DNA from: a candidate division FCPU426 bacterium
Lineage (GTDB): Bacteria > Oederibacteriota > JAAXVQ01 > JAUVAV01
NCBI GenBank assembly: GCA_040756875.1
Contig: JBFLYH010000002.1
Location: 158,526-222,525, forward strand
Reading direction: 5' to 3'
DNA length: 64,000 nucleotides
Part shown: piece by piece, positions 29,701 through 38,783 of the stretch
Position numbering within the stretch: position 1 is the first letter of the stretch
Layout: the number at the start of each line of letters is the position of its first letter
Notes under the pieces: model-generated
The model's input: only the letters and a program-made list of their open reading frames with translations
What the model was told of the DNA's origin: nothing
The model's database searches: none
Translations under genes and position numbers: made by a program

Positions 29701-32518
29701 GCTGCTGCGCATCTCCGACCCGGCGAACATCGACCTGGTGCAGCAGCTGGTGCAAGCCCACGCCTATTGGCGGTTAAAAGGGCTGGCCGCGGACCTGGTC
29801 ATCTGGAACGAGGATGTGACCGGGTACCGCGACCTGCTCCACGACCGCATCATGGGCCTGATCTCGGTCGGTTCGGAAGCCCACAACGTGGACCGGCCGG
29901 CGGGCATTTTCATCCGGCGCATGGACCAGATTCCCGAAGCGGACCAGGTGCTCATGCAGACCGTCGCCCGCGTGATCATCACCGACCAGGGCGGGACGCT
30001 GGAGGAGCAGATGAGCCGCCGCGTCCAGCTGCCGGAGGGCGTGCCGGCTTTTTCGCCTTTCCGGACGCGGCGCCTGCTGGCGGACAAGACCGGCGATTTG
30101 ACGCGCCGGGACCTTATTTTCTTCAACGGCCTGGGCGGGTTTACCCAAGACGGCAAGGAATACATCGTAACCACCACGGCCGATCAAATGACGCCCAAGC
30201 CCTGGTCGAACGTGCTCGCCAACCCCGAGTTCGGGACCGTGGTGACCGAGAGCGGCTCGGCCTACACCTTCAGCGAAAACGCGCACGAGTTTCGCCTGAC
30301 CCCCTGGCACAACGACCCCGTGTGCGATCCCAGCGGGGAAGCCTTCTACCTGCGCGACGAGGAGAGCGGCAGATTCTGGTCGCCCATGCCCTTTCCGGCC
30401 CGGGGCGGCAAGCCTTACACCTGCCGGCACGGGTTTGGCTACAGCATCTTCGAGTACACGGATTTCGGGATCACGTCCACGCTGACCACGTACGTCGCCC
30501 CGGACGCGCCCGTCAAATTCTGGGTGCTGAAAGTCCGCAACGTGTCGGGCAGAACCCGCCGCCTTTCGGCCACCGGATACGTGGAATGGATCTTGGGGGA
30601 GTTGCGGCACAAGTCGATGATGCACGTCGTGACGGAGATGGACCCGGAGTGCAAGGCCGTGTTCGCCCGCAACCCCTTCAACATCGAATTTGCCAGCCGC
30701 GTGGCGTTCATGGATGTGGATGATCCCCAGCGCAGCCTGACCTGCGACCGCTCGGAGTTTATCGGCCGCAACCGCAGTTTGAAGAACCCCGCGGCCATGG
30801 GCCGGCTGCGGCTGTCCAACAAGGTCGGGCCCGCCCTGGACCCCTGCGCGAGCCTGCAGGCCCGGTTCGATCTGGAGGACGGCCAGGAAAAAGAGCTGGC
30901 CTTCATTCTGGGCGCGGGCCGCACGGCCGAGGAGGCCCGGGACTTGGTCCGGCGGTTCAAAGGAACCGGCCCGGCGCATGCGGCGCTGGAGAGCGTGTGG
31001 GACTATTGGAACCGGACCCTGGGCGCGGTCCACCTGGAAACGCCCGATCGCAGCACGGATATTCTGGCCAACGGCTGGCTGCTCTATCAAACCCTGGCCT
31101 GCCGCCTCTGGGCCCGCAGCGGCTATTACCAATCCGGCGGGGCGTTCGGCTACCGCGATCAACTGCAGGATGCGCTGGCCTTGACGCACGCCCAGCCGCA
31201 GCTGCTGCGGGCGCAACTGCTGCGCTGTGCGGAGCATCAATTCCCGGAAGGCGACGTCCAGCATTGGTGGCATCCCCCCCTGGGGCGCGGGGTGCGCACC
31301 CGCTGTTCGGACGATTACCTGTGGCTGCCCTACGCGGCCTGCCGCTATGTGGCCGCGACCGGGGATACCGGCGTGCTGGACGAGATGGCCGGATTCATCC
31401 AGGGCCGGCCGCTCCAGCCGGAGGAAGACTCGTACTACGACCTGCCCGTCCGTTCCGAAGAGAAGGCCACGCTTTACGAACACTGCGCCCGGGCGGTCCG
31501 GCACGGCCTGAGATTCGGCGCGCACGGCTTCCCGCTCATGGGAAGCGGGGATTGGAACGACGGCATGAACCGGGTGGGGATTCAGGACAAGGGCGAGAGC
31601 GTCTGGCTGGCCTTCTTCCTCTGCGCGGTGCTGGACCCGTTCCGGGCGCTCGCCCACAGCCGGCAGGATGTTCAGATGGCCGAGACCTGCCGGACCGCGT
31701 CCGAACACCTGCGGCAGCGGATCGCCGCCGACGCGTGGGACGGCCAGTGGTGGCTCCGAGCGTTTTACGACAACGGCCAGCCCCTGGGCTCGGCCGCGAA
31801 CCCGGAATGCCGCATTGATTCGCTGCCGCAGAGCTGGGCGGTCCTGTCAGGCGCCGGGGCTCCTGCGCGCAACCGCACGGCCCTGCAGGCCGTGGACCGG
31901 CATTTGGTGGTCCCCGGACTGGGCCTGATCCAGCTGTTGGACCCTCCCTTCGACAAGACCGACCAGGACCCGGGCTATATCCGCGGTTACGCTCCGGGCG
32001 TCCGGGAGAACGGCGGGCAGTACACCCACGCCGCGGTTTGGGCGGTCATGGCCAAGGCCGCGTTGGGAGAGGGGCAAAAAGCCTGGGAATGGTTCGCCGG
32101 ACTCAATCCCATCCGGCACGCCGGAACACCCGAACAGATGGCCAGATACCAGACCGAGCCGTATGTGATGGCCGGGGATGTGCATTCCCGGCCTCCCCAC
32201 ACCGGCCAGGGCGGCTGGACCTGGTATACCGGGTCAGCCGGCTGGATGTATCAGTGTGTCCTGGAATCCCTGCTGGGGCTTAAACTGGCGGTGGACAAGC
32301 TCAGCTTTGCTCCGTGCTGGCCGGAGGGCTGGGAGTCGTTCAAGGTTCATTACCGTTTTCGCGAGACCCTGCACCATATTACCGTGATCAAAACGGCTGC
32401 TGCCGCTGACCAGGTGACCGTGGACAGCCGGGAGCGGCCCGAGCCCTTTCTGCGCCTGGCGGACGACCGGCAGGAACACTGGGTGGAATACCGCTGCGGG
32501 GCGGAAAAAGGAGCTTGA
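23759..32518 (+). CDS. ndvB: Cyclic beta-1,2-glucan synthase (Cgs/NdvB/ChvB: GT84 plus C-terminal GH94 phosphorylase)
   Basis: 2919 aa; ERKRGK, ITLDTDT, LSHDLLEG, RHRWIRGDWQ, WGISES, SGGAFGYRDQLQD, GDWNDG, RENGGQYTH, WTWYTGSAGW. Confidence 0.93.
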   Translation: MDESTKEKIKSIIQLKLRPSPGEIAQQLGQEQPLRAELFSVEQMMEYAKKLVQLHALESARGPDRLLPRLNENEKLLLEAHQSLEDKAAKKPSLLPAEEWFLDNFHLIEEQIRIIRKHFPKAYSRELPLLKAGKAAGFPRVYDIALEVISHGDGRVDAGSLSAFVDAYQTSTALKLGELWAIPIMLRLALVENLRRVAARITAGKLDRQQAGYWAARMTRIAAKDPKNLVLEMADMSRSNPPMSSAFVAELTRRLQGQGPTLALPLTWLEQRLSETGSSIEQLVRLENQRQAEDQVSISNSIASLRFLNAMDWREFVETMSRVEQNLARDPGDVHRRTDFATRDRCRHQVEFLARRSGRSETEIADQAVELARTAARVHGRDDRVAYVGYYLLDKGLAELERLVKPRITLGERIGRLIRRFPLFFYLGTIMLLTLAATGWVLGFLREAPAGVLVGAGLLLLIGASQLMTSLVNWLGTLAVQPDRLARMDFSKGLPPEVRTLVVVPCMLSNPETVTALLENLEVLYLANRDLYLHFGLVTDLPDAPREHLPEDDGVLAAVRAGIEGLNARYPHEQVDRFYLFHRPRTWNPKEGCWMGKERKRGKLENLNHLLSQGAPEPGTLIVGEPAVLGQMKYVITLDTDTQMTLDSARMLVATLAHPLNRPRYDYVSNRVCEGYGILQPRMGTSLADARRSWFVRLFGSEVGLDPYTLEVSDIYQDLFREGSFVGKGIYEVAAFQKVLSGRFPENRILSHDLLEGGYVRSGLVSDIVLYESHPANYLADARRRHRWIRGDWQIARWILPRAPGPASRVRNPLTLLYRWKLLDNLRRSLVSPALFALLLWGWLTGPWSAVLTAFVAAVIFLPALLKSACELWFQRPREMPFELHARETGHSLVKQLAMEAVRLVLLPFKVHRDLDAVFRTLFRLLVTHKHLLKWTTASDGSRLAAAEVKDFWRAMAVAPLLAVASGAAVCCLNPGAFWMAGGVLLAWFLSPLAAWFISRPLAPRPLRLSSGQDDFLRKLARRTWRFFETFTNEAEHWLPLDNVHEKPVFLQSHRTSPTNMGLSLLSSLSAYDFGYLSTGQLIFRLTRSLHTMEELEHFRGHFYNWYDTQTLKPLNPLYISTVDSGNLAGHLLVLRQGLLAMCDHPLVPDRVFQGCADALAVLEEAVHGTEYKLSPELKGKLKHLREQVNEKPRALKETWDRLQRLESMCRDLEPGLAGNPEAGWWAGALARQCRGHWDDIDFIAPWLKLSPPEERFWQSAGGAEEGQWLQSVRTAWEGLHAGPTLREVADLGKHLLPLIDQLYSARQDSARREWLAQFRQIVVEAGNQAAGRIAAIEKRAQQCGRMAEMEYDFLYDHARHLLTIGYDVGERRREDSFYDLLASEARLGSFVAIAQGRLPQEHWFSLGRLLTVAGGRSVLLSWGGSMFEYLMPLLVMPSYENTLLEQTAKAVVARQIEYGQKRGVCWGISESGYNLTDANHNYQYRAFGVPGLGFKRGLAEDLVIAPYASGLALLVEPEAAVENLMHLAEAGLLGPYGMYEAVDYTPARLSRGQTSAVVSSYLAHHQGMLFLSLASCLLDRPMQKRFESQPEFQAARLLLQERVPKEAPEHLQTSEALERGWRATEHQALMRVFTTPHTPVPEVHLLSNGRYYVMVTNAGGGYSHWKDLVLTRWREDATLDSQGLFCYLRDVERNETWSAAFHPAQRPAKQYEAIFSQARAEFRRRDLDLDTHTEIAVSPEDDIELRRIRITNRSRAPRTLELTSYAEVVLAPPGAEDTHPAFNGLFVQTEIIRDRDAILCSRRPRSAEEQPPWMLHLMVVQAGQELETSFETDRQKFIGRGRSVSSPAALETRELSNSEGAVLDPIVAIRRRITIEPESTAIVNIILGAVESRERALGLIEKYHDWRLTDRVFELAFSHGQVVLHQLNATEADAQVYGRLAGSVIYVNPARRALPGVILKNTRGQSDLWSYGISGDLPIVLLRISDPANIDLVQQLVQAHAYWRLKGLAADLVIWNEDVTGYRDLLHDRIMGLISVGSEAHNVDRPAGIFIRRMDQIPEADQVLMQTVARVIITDQGGTLEEQMSRRVQLPEGVPAFSPFRTRRLLADKTGDLTRRDLIFFNGLGGFTQDGKEYIVTTTADQMTPKPWSNVLANPEFGTVVTESGSAYTFSENAHEFRLTPWHNDPVCDPSGEAFYLRDEESGRFWSPMPFPARGGKPYTCRHGFGYSIFEYTDFGITSTLTTYVAPDAPVKFWVLKVRNVSGRTRRLSATGYVEWILGELRHKSMMHVVTEMDPECKAVFARNPFNIEFASRVAFMDVDDPQRSLTCDRSEFIGRNRSLKNPAAMGRLRLSNKVGPALDPCASLQARFDLEDGQEKELAFILGAGRTAEEARDLVRRFKGTGPAHAALESVWDYWNRTLGAVHLETPDRSTDILANGWLLYQTLACRLWARSGYYQSGGAFGYRDQLQDALALTHAQPQLLRAQLLRCAEHQFPEGDVQHWWHPPLGRGVRTRCSDDYLWLPYAACRYVAATGDTGVLDEMAGFIQGRPLQPEEDSYYDLPVRSEEKATLYEHCARAVRHGLRFGAHGFPLMGSGDWNDGMNRVGIQDKGESVWLAFFLCAVLDPFRALAHSRQDVQMAETCRTASEHLRQRIAADAWDGQWWLRAFYDNGQPLGSAANPECRIDSLPQSWAVLSGAGAPARNRTALQAVDRHLVVPGLGLIQLLDPPFDKTDQDPGYIRGYAPGVRENGGQYTHAAVWAVMAKAALGEGQKAWEWFAGLNPIRHAGTPEQMARYQTEPYVMAGDVHSRPPHTGQGGWTWYTGSAGWMYQCVLESLLGLKLAVDKLSFAPCWPEGWESFKVHYRFRETLHHITVIKTAAAADQVTVDSRERPEPFLRLADDRQEHWVEYRCGAEKGA

Positions 32519-32596
32519 GCGGCTTCGGCGGGCGGAGCGCGGAGAAAAAACGGCCTCGGCGATCGTGCCGGCGAAACGGAAGCCAGCCGCCTGATT

Positions 32597-33631
32597 TCAT
32601 TCGTACTTCGGCTTGGTCATTTTAAAGATATTGCTTCTGATCGCAAAGTAAATGTACTTGTCGTCCACTGTCATGCAACGGCACCTCTGATCCTTCGTGT
32701 CTTCCACCAGCTTAATGCTGTCAGCACCGGTTTTCTTGAACCACACCCCGGACGTGGCCGAAACATACACCTGTTCCTCATCACAGGCAATACTATTGGC
32801 ATAAATGTCCGCGTCGCCGAACTGGGAAAACGTCGGGATCGGATAAGAGATTATCTTTTTATCCTCCAATCGAACCTCAACTAATTCGTCATTACCCACG
32901 CTCTTGGTATCGGCATAGTAAAAAGCCTTTTCATTGCCGGACATCGAGTAACACAAATAAATGCTTCCAAGGGTATAGATATCTGCAATATCCCGTTCTT
33001 TATCGCGCATATAGACCGTCGATCCTGCCGACCAATAAATGGTGTTTTCATCGACCCAAAGGGGCGCATCAATAAACGGCATATTGCCTACGATGCTGAT
33101 AATATCCCCGCCGGCTTTGGGGACCTTTATCAGGCTCATACTGACAACGCAATATACATTGTCATCATCAACGGTCAGTTTCGTGGGTATTTTGACATTA
33201 AGCTTTGTGTCGGCCGTATCCGCAAATTCGCTTGTTTCACCGCCGGATATCGGCATTTCGTAGATTTTCGTACTGTCATAATGCGTAAAGTATATTTTAT
33301 CGACATCCATGGCAAATCCTTTGATGGTTGCCGCAGATGACACTAGCGCTTCCAATTTCCCGCCATTCACACTCATGCGGGCTATATGCGATCGCAGAAT
33401 GACATAGAGATATTCTCCGCGGACATATAGTTGGTGGATTTCTTCAGGTGACTGACCGATGATCTTCGGATAACGGTACTTGTCTTTGGGTTTACCAGTC
33501 TTCGCCTTTGCATCACCCGCTGTTTTCCCTGCCCCGGCTTGGCTGGTTGCAGCCAGCGCGGGGATCGCGTGCATTGAAATCAAGCCCATTAAAACTACAA
33601 TCAGCCCTGCCAGTTTCCACACTCTGTTCAT
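32597..33631 (-). CDS. Exported beta-propeller-like hypothetical protein (lower GC)
   Basis: Signal peptide; repeated VDD..IY(F/W) and P..GG motifs; AGGAGG RBS. Confidence 0.7.
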   Translation of the reverse strand: MNRVWKLAGLIVVLMGLISMHAIPALAATSQAGAGKTAGDAKAKTGKPKDKYRYPKIIGQSPEEIHQLYVRGEYLYVILRSHIARMSVNGGKLEALVSSAATIKGFAMDVDKIYFTHYDSTKIYEMPISGGETSEFADTADTKLNVKIPTKLTVDDDNVYCVVSMSLIKVPKAGGDIISIVGNMPFIDAPLWVDENTIYWSAGSTVYMRDKERDIADIYTLGSIYLCYSMSGNEKAFYYADTKSVGNDELVEVRLEDKKIISYPIPTFSQFGDADIYANSIACDEEQVYVSATSGVWFKKTGADSIKLVEDTKDQRCRCMTVDDKYIYFAIRSNIFKMTKPKYE

Positions 33632-33751
33632 GTCAGCCTCCTGGTTTGGCAACCGCGTAGTTGTCTTTGGTTGCTAATCCCTTAGACTGGCAGGCAGGTT
33701 TTTCTATGCGGATTATTTTGTGGGGGATTTAGGGCGCGAGACGTTTCCGCT

Positions 33752-34579
33752 TTACGCTGATAAAAGGGCGATTTCCTCGGCGAACTTGGCGTTTAGCGCG
33801 CTGACCAGGTCGTCCTGATCGCCTGGCGGATACAAGGCAGCCGCTGCCATGGCCGCGAGTTCATGGGGCGAAAAGCCGGCCTCGATTCCAGCCTGTTTGG
33901 CCAGGCTGTCAGCCGCCCTGACCAGGCGCACCAGGGCGTCCTGCGCCGAGGGATCGTGGTGCTGGCGGACGACGTTCACCATGCTGTCCGGCAGCCGCCA
34001 GCGCGAGGCGATTTGCTCGCCCAGTTCGACGTGGTCCACCCGGGCGATCTTTCGCTCGGCCTCCGGAACAGTCAGGGCCCCGGCTTCCACGGCTTCGGCG
34101 ATCAGGCGGCGATAAGCGGCAAAACCCAGGGACCGGGCGATAAGGATCTTGCCGATGTCGTGGATGATGGCGGACGCAAAAGCCCCGGCAGGGATGGCGG
34201 GGTGGTAGCGCTGGCCGATCAGGTCGGCGGCCACGGCCGTGGCCACGCTGTGGCGCCAGATGTCGTTTTCCGCGGGATCGATGCCGCCGACCAGCTTGCG
34301 CACATTGGCCTGCAAATGGAAGGCAAAGGACAATTGCATGATATTGCGGGTCCCCAGGCGGACGACCGCATCGTGGACCGAGGTGATGCGCTCCGCGCTT
34401 TGGCTGTAGGCTGAATTCGCCCAGCGCAGGACGCTGGCAGTCAGGATGGGGTCCAGGGCAATCACCCTGGCGTAGGACTTGATGTCCGCGTTCGGGTCTT
34501 CCAACAGATTGGCCAACTGCAGCATGGACATGGGCAGCGGCGGCAGGCTGATGATGTCTGAGGTTTTTATTTCGGCCAT
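33752..34579 (-). CDS. Stand-alone HDOD domain protein
   Basis: LPPLP, DP.L...VLR.ANS, AV.RLG, WRHS, HDIGK, DH..LG....W.LP. Confidence 0.9.
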   Translation of the reverse strand: MAEIKTSDIISLPPLPMSMLQLANLLEDPNADIKSYARVIALDPILTASVLRWANSAYSQSAERITSVHDAVVRLGTRNIMQLSFAFHLQANVRKLVGGIDPAENDIWRHSVATAVAADLIGQRYHPAIPAGAFASAIIHDIGKILIARSLGFAAYRRLIAEAVEAGALTVPEAERKIARVDHVELGEQIASRWRLPDSMVNVVRQHHDPSAQDALVRLVRAADSLAKQAGIEAGFSPHELAAMAAAALYPPGDQDDLVSALNAKFAEEIALLSA

Positions 34580-34704
34580 AACGCTTTTCCGCCCTCTGGA
34601 CTGAATAAGGAAGCTTTAGCAGAGTATCGGCGGAAAAGCAGGGAGAAATTACACGAATTCTTTCATCGCTCCTGCCGGCAGGGCGAGGGAAAGAGCCGCC
34701 CCGT

Positions 34705-36834
34705 TCACCTGACCACGGCGAATTTGGCCGTGCAGTGCTTGCCCCCGGTCAGGAAGACGTGGGCCAGATAGACGCCGGTTGCGGCTTGGCTGCAATCCCA
34801 CGTTAAAACCAGGGTTTCCCCTGCCGCCACCCCGCTGAGGCTCGCCGCTTTGTCCCCGGCCACATTGTAAATGTCTATTTTCACTTCGCCCGGGGCCCGC
34901 AGTTTCACCAGGAACGCGGCTTGATTCTGCGCGGGGTTCGGGTAAACCAGCGCGGTATCCGCCGGAATGTCCATGGCCTTGGTGGGCAGGGGCGTGCTCG
35001 TGGTGGTCGGGCTGACAGTCGAGGTCGGGCTGATCGTCGATGTGGGGCTGATGGTCGAAGTCAGCGTAATGGTGGGCGAGGGCGTAATGGTCCGCGTGAC
35101 CGTGCGCGTCAGCGTGATGGTCGGCGTGGGCGAGATCGTGGCAGAAGGCGTGCGGGTCGGCGAGATGGTCGCGGTTGGCGATATGGTGGGAGTCGGGCTA
35201 ATGGTAGGCGTCAGGGTAATGGTCCGGGTGCTGGTCGCAGAGGGAAGGACGCCGCCATACTCATACGCGCCGATGTCCCACGCCGTGCTCTGGGGGCGCG
35301 TGACCCCGTCAAAATCCGTGGTAAACAGGGAGCTGAGATCCGTTCCGCCGTTGACCGCGTTGGCTGTCGCCTTAAGATGGAAATTGTAGGCCGACGAATC
35401 CACGAACGGGTCGGACGTCTCTGTATCAACCGGGTCGTACGGCCCGTAGATATTGTTGTAGTAGCCGGTATTGGTCATAGGCGGCCACAGGGTCCGGGTA
35501 TCCGTGAAATAGCCGTTCACCCAAATATTGTTTCTCGCGATGGTGCCGGTCGCATCCGAGGGCGTGACAATATTAATGGCCGCCTTCCCGATGTTATAGA
35601 ACGTGTTGTTGTCCATTTCCGCATAGGTAATCGAATTCCCGGCCGAGGAATAAATGGAGGTCGCCAGAAAATAGGCTGAGCGGCAAGGCACATAAAAGTA
35701 GAATTCGTCTCCTGCCTCGTTGAGCGCCCCGCCGGACATGCCGCCGGCTATGGCGAGGGTGGTCGTGCCGACCGAGGTAATGACGCCGGTGGCGCCTTTG
35801 GTGACATTGGTCAGCGTCCGGCCCAGCAGGTCCTCGTAATTGGAGAACATCCGGTACAATTGCGCAATGCTCGTGGCGGTTCCGGTGTCCGCCAGGCCGT
35901 AGACAATGCCGTCGCCGTTGTCGCTGTAGAAGATGTTGTTGTAAACCCTGATGTAGGTCGTGGTCACGCCGCCGAGGATCGAAATAAACGCCTGGCCGGT
36001 GGCATTGCGGAAGATGTTGTTCCTGAAGATCCCGTAGCTCAGCGGCCGCATGTAGAACTGGATCGTCTGGCCGTGGACATTGGGATACCGCATCCCCACT
36101 CCCCCGTTCCTTTCGATGACATTGTTTTCGATCAGGAGACCGTAATCAGAATAACTGGTCCCTTCGATGGTGCCCAGAGTGATCCCGTTTCTCGGGATTT
36201 CATGGATCCAGCAGTATTGAATGGTAAAGCCTTTCGAGCCGGCAATGGCCGAGTTCCAGTAAATGCCGTCGCCGCCCGTGGAGCCGTAATCAAATCCCGG
36301 CCCCTGGACGTCCAAATGGCGGAAAAGCCTGGGGCTGGCCGTGCCGGACGAAAGGGCAATGACCGCATTGAACCCTGTCCGGTCGCTGTCGAGGTGGATT
36401 TTGATCCCATGCCCCGTGGTCCCCGAGCCGGTCACGCCGTCAATTTCGACATATCCATTGTAGATCGACAAACGGCCGTTGATGACCGCCTGGTCCGCGG
36501 CGTAGGCCGCATTCCAGTCCGGATCGCTGCCATTGTCAGCGGCATTGGCTTTTTTAATGATGATCCAACTGGCGCCGGATTCAGAGGTGGGGATGAGCAC
36601 ATCTCCGTTGTAAGTTCCGCCGGCCAGATAATAGGTGTCGCCCCGGGTCCAGGTGACCGAGCTGAACGTCGTCCAGGCATTGGTCCAGCTGGAGCCATTG
36701 TTGCTGCCGCCGGCAGCAGCGCGGATATAATGGGTGGCCCCAAAAGCAGGCACATTCAGCAAAAGGATGGCAGACAGAACGATTAGTGTGCGGAATTGAG
36801 AAACCGGGAAACCGGGCGATTGAAAGCTCATCAT
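34705..36834 (-). CDS. Secreted parallel beta-helix protein with Thr/Pro linker and YPNP-type C-terminal domain
   Basis: Signal peptide; G.SW.NAW start; NN-rich beta-helix repeats; D..G..RP....WDIGAYE; TPT tract; VYPNPA. Confidence 0.85.
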   Translation of the reverse strand: MMSFQSPGFPVSQFRTLIVLSAILLLNVPAFGATHYIRAAAGGSNNGSSWTNAWTTFSSVTWTRGDTYYLAGGTYNGDVLIPTSESGASWIIIKKANAADNGSDPDWNAAYAADQAVINGRLSIYNGYVEIDGVTGSGTTGHGIKIHLDSDRTGFNAVIALSSGTASPRLFRHLDVQGPGFDYGSTGGDGIYWNSAIAGSKGFTIQYCWIHEIPRNGITLGTIEGTSYSDYGLLIENNVIERNGGVGMRYPNVHGQTIQFYMRPLSYGIFRNNIFRNATGQAFISILGGVTTTYIRVYNNIFYSDNGDGIVYGLADTGTATSIAQLYRMFSNYEDLLGRTLTNVTKGATGVITSVGTTTLAIAGGMSGGALNEAGDEFYFYVPCRSAYFLATSIYSSAGNSITYAEMDNNTFYNIGKAAINIVTPSDATGTIARNNIWVNGYFTDTRTLWPPMTNTGYYNNIYGPYDPVDTETSDPFVDSSAYNFHLKATANAVNGGTDLSSLFTTDFDGVTRPQSTAWDIGAYEYGGVLPSATSTRTITLTPTISPTPTISPTATISPTRTPSATISPTPTITLTRTVTRTITPSPTITLTSTISPTSTISPTSTVSPTTTSTPLPTKAMDIPADTALVYPNPAQNQAAFLVKLRAPGEVKIDIYNVAGDKAASLSGVAAGETLVLTWDCSQAATGVYLAHVFLTGGKHCTAKFAVVR

Positions 36835-37037
36835 TCCAACCCCCTTAGGGTGATTACTTTTAAGTATATCTTATATATTTTATCCAAGAGGCTAAAAATG
36901 ACGTGGAAGTGGGGAGATTATTTCAATGCGCGCAGAGCTTGAATAAAGAAAGCAACGAGGGAGTTAATTGGGATTTCCAAACGCGCCCCCATTCATTTAA
37001 TCGCCCCCTGCGCGTGTGTGAGGGCCAGGGTGTTTCA

Positions 37038-37319
37038 TTATGAAAAAGTACGGTTTGAATAAAGCTCCCTTTTCAGCATCTCTGCAATATATATTTTGAC
37101 CAGCGACTGATAGGGAACGTCTTTTTTATTGGCCAGCATTTTCAACTCGGCCAGCATGATCTCCGGCAAGCGGAGAGATATTGTCTTGCTTGAAGGCTTT
37201 AAATTCGGGAATACAACCTTCCGGCCTTTTTTCCAATTGATATACCGGGTCGAGTCCGCTTTCGACCAAAATTCCCTTTCTTGGTCTTCCTGGTTAAAGT
37301 GCTTGGCTTTCTTTTTCAT
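37038..37319 (-). CDS. BrnA-like/CopG-type antitoxin
   Basis: EREFW...DS, LKPS.K.ISLRLP, A.K.DVPYQSL; overlaps the brnT stop. Confidence 0.85.
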   Translation of the reverse strand: MKKKAKHFNQEDQEREFWSKADSTRYINWKKGRKVVFPNLKPSSKTISLRLPEIMLAELKMLANKKDVPYQSLVKIYIAEMLKRELYSNRTFS

Positions 37320-37621
37320 GACGCGCGATATTCCTTTCTTTCGTTTCTGTTCATATTCCGCGCTGAAATGACTCGTAATTTCCTGCCGCGAATCGTGAAT
37401 ACGACAAACAGCAGCCGTTTTTCATCGGTTTTCCCCAGCGCATAATAGCGTTTTTCCTGACCCGAATGGTTTTCATCGTCCGTCACCACCAGCGGCTCGT
37501 TGAAAAATACCTGCTCACATTCAATAGGTTTTACTCCGTGCTTCTGCCAATTCTTTTCAAAATTGCCTTGATCCCATTCAAATTCCGTACAATCCAGCAG
37601 AATGTCGTATTTGTCTGCCAT
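37316..37621 (-). CDS. brnT: BrnT family toxin
   Basis: FEWD.GN..KN..KHGV, HS..E.RY..LG, FT.R...RVISAR. Confidence 0.92.
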   Translation of the reverse strand: MADKYDILLDCTEFEWDQGNFEKNWQKHGVKPIECEQVFFNEPLVVTDDENHSGQEKRYYALGKTDEKRLLFVVFTIRGRKLRVISARNMNRNERKEYRAS

Positions 37622-37627
37622 GGTCTT

Positions 37628-37656
37628 AGTATATTCCTCCCATATACAGTTGTCAA
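37628..37656 (-). promoter_or_regulatory. Sigma70 promoter of brnTA
   Basis: TTGACA-N17-TATACT, 6 nt before the ATG. Confidence 0.7.
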
Positions 37657-37893
37657 CCCGGGACAATCCCTTTCAATTACCCTCTTCGCCAAAGGTTGTT
37701 TATGGGATTAGACGGAGCACACACGTTTTTCATGCGTTTTTCCATTGCCCTTACGGGGGAGACCGGGGCTTAACGGCTATTTAACCGTGTTTTGTTTTTT
37801 TCGAAGGGAGAGGGTGGAAAGTCATTTTTACATTCGAACAACGTCCCGGTTCACATCTATACATCCCCGTTCAGAGGGGCGCGTTTTGTGAGC

Positions 37894-38229
37894 CTATGCC
37901 GCATGGATTATTTTTGCAGATTTATTTTTATCGATGGTGAATGTCAGATTCATCCCCAGACAGCGAATGATTTTAAGGATGCTGCCGAGACTAGGATTCC
38001 CTTTTTTTGACGTTATATGATACAGGTTGTTTCTCGACATTTTGCAACTCTTCGCAAGTTCGGTCATATTGCCATGCGCCTGGGCGACGTTTCTCAAGGC
38101 AATACAAAGCACTTTTTGATCCCCGCCTGCCAAGGCGGCATTTAAATACTCCGCCGCCGCTTCCGGGTCCTTAAGGTAGTTGACCAGGTCTTTTTGAAAA
38201 CCAGCCTTATACGGCTTCAATGATTTCAC
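37894..38229 (-). CDS. Addiction module antidote, HTH XRE (HI1420-like)
   Basis: YL.AAL..GD....ALR.VA.A.G.M..LA....SR..LY.....GNP.L. Confidence 0.88.
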   Translation of the reverse strand: MKSLKPYKAGFQKDLVNYLKDPEAAAEYLNAALAGGDQKVLCIALRNVAQAHGNMTELAKSCKMSRNNLYHITSKKGNPSLGSILKIIRCLGMNLTFTIDKNKSAKIIHAA

Positions 38230-38243
38230 GAAAGCACCTCTTA

Positions 38244-38576
38244 TTAATCGTTGATTCTATCTTTATAATCACGCCAATATTCACCCGCAGTTTCAATATC
38301 CTTCTTCTGCGTTTTCTTGTTCCCTCCGCAGAGCAGGAGAATGATCGCCTTGCCGGTATGGGCGTAATAAATTCGATATCCAGGCCCGAAATCTATCCTC
38401 AACTCGCATACTCCCCGGCCCAGCGCTTTGTAATCCCCGGGATTTCCGACGCTCAATCGGTTTAAGCGTTCAATAACGATGCTTTTAGTCTTTTTCTCCA
38501 GGGACCCGCAATATAACCAATCGCGAAAAGGCAATCTCCCGTCCGGGGTTTGGTAATAAAGAAGTTGTTTTTCCAT
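38244..38576 (-). CDS. RelE/ParE family addiction module toxin (HI1419-like)
   Basis: G..PF..W, GN.GD.K, ELRIDFGPGYRIYY, LLLCGG.K.TQ..DI. Confidence 0.92.
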   Translation of the reverse strand: MEKQLLYYQTPDGRLPFRDWLYCGSLEKKTKSIVIERLNRLSVGNPGDYKALGRGVCELRIDFGPGYRIYYAHTGKAIILLLCGGNKKTQKKDIETAGEYWRDYKDRIND

Positions 38577-38594
38577 GCAAGCGATTACCTCTTA

Positions 38595-38623
38595 ATTGTA
38601 TTATATATATTACACTCAGTCAA
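38595..38623 (-). promoter_or_regulatory. Sigma70 promoter with overlapping near-palindromic operator of the TA operon
   Basis: TTGACT-N17-TACAAT; TGTAATATATATAATACA near-palindrome overlapping the spacer and -10 element. Confidence 0.6.
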
Positions 38624-38783
38624 GCTACCTTCCGAGGCTTGTTATTTGTATTTGACTTGTCTGCCGATTATTTAATGCGGGTAAAGTGGGGTTATTTTGA
38701 CAAGGAATTGGTACGCGCAGGATGTCGTGGCTGGCACCGGGTTAGTACAGTCATTTTGACATTTAAACAACGTCCCGGTTCAT

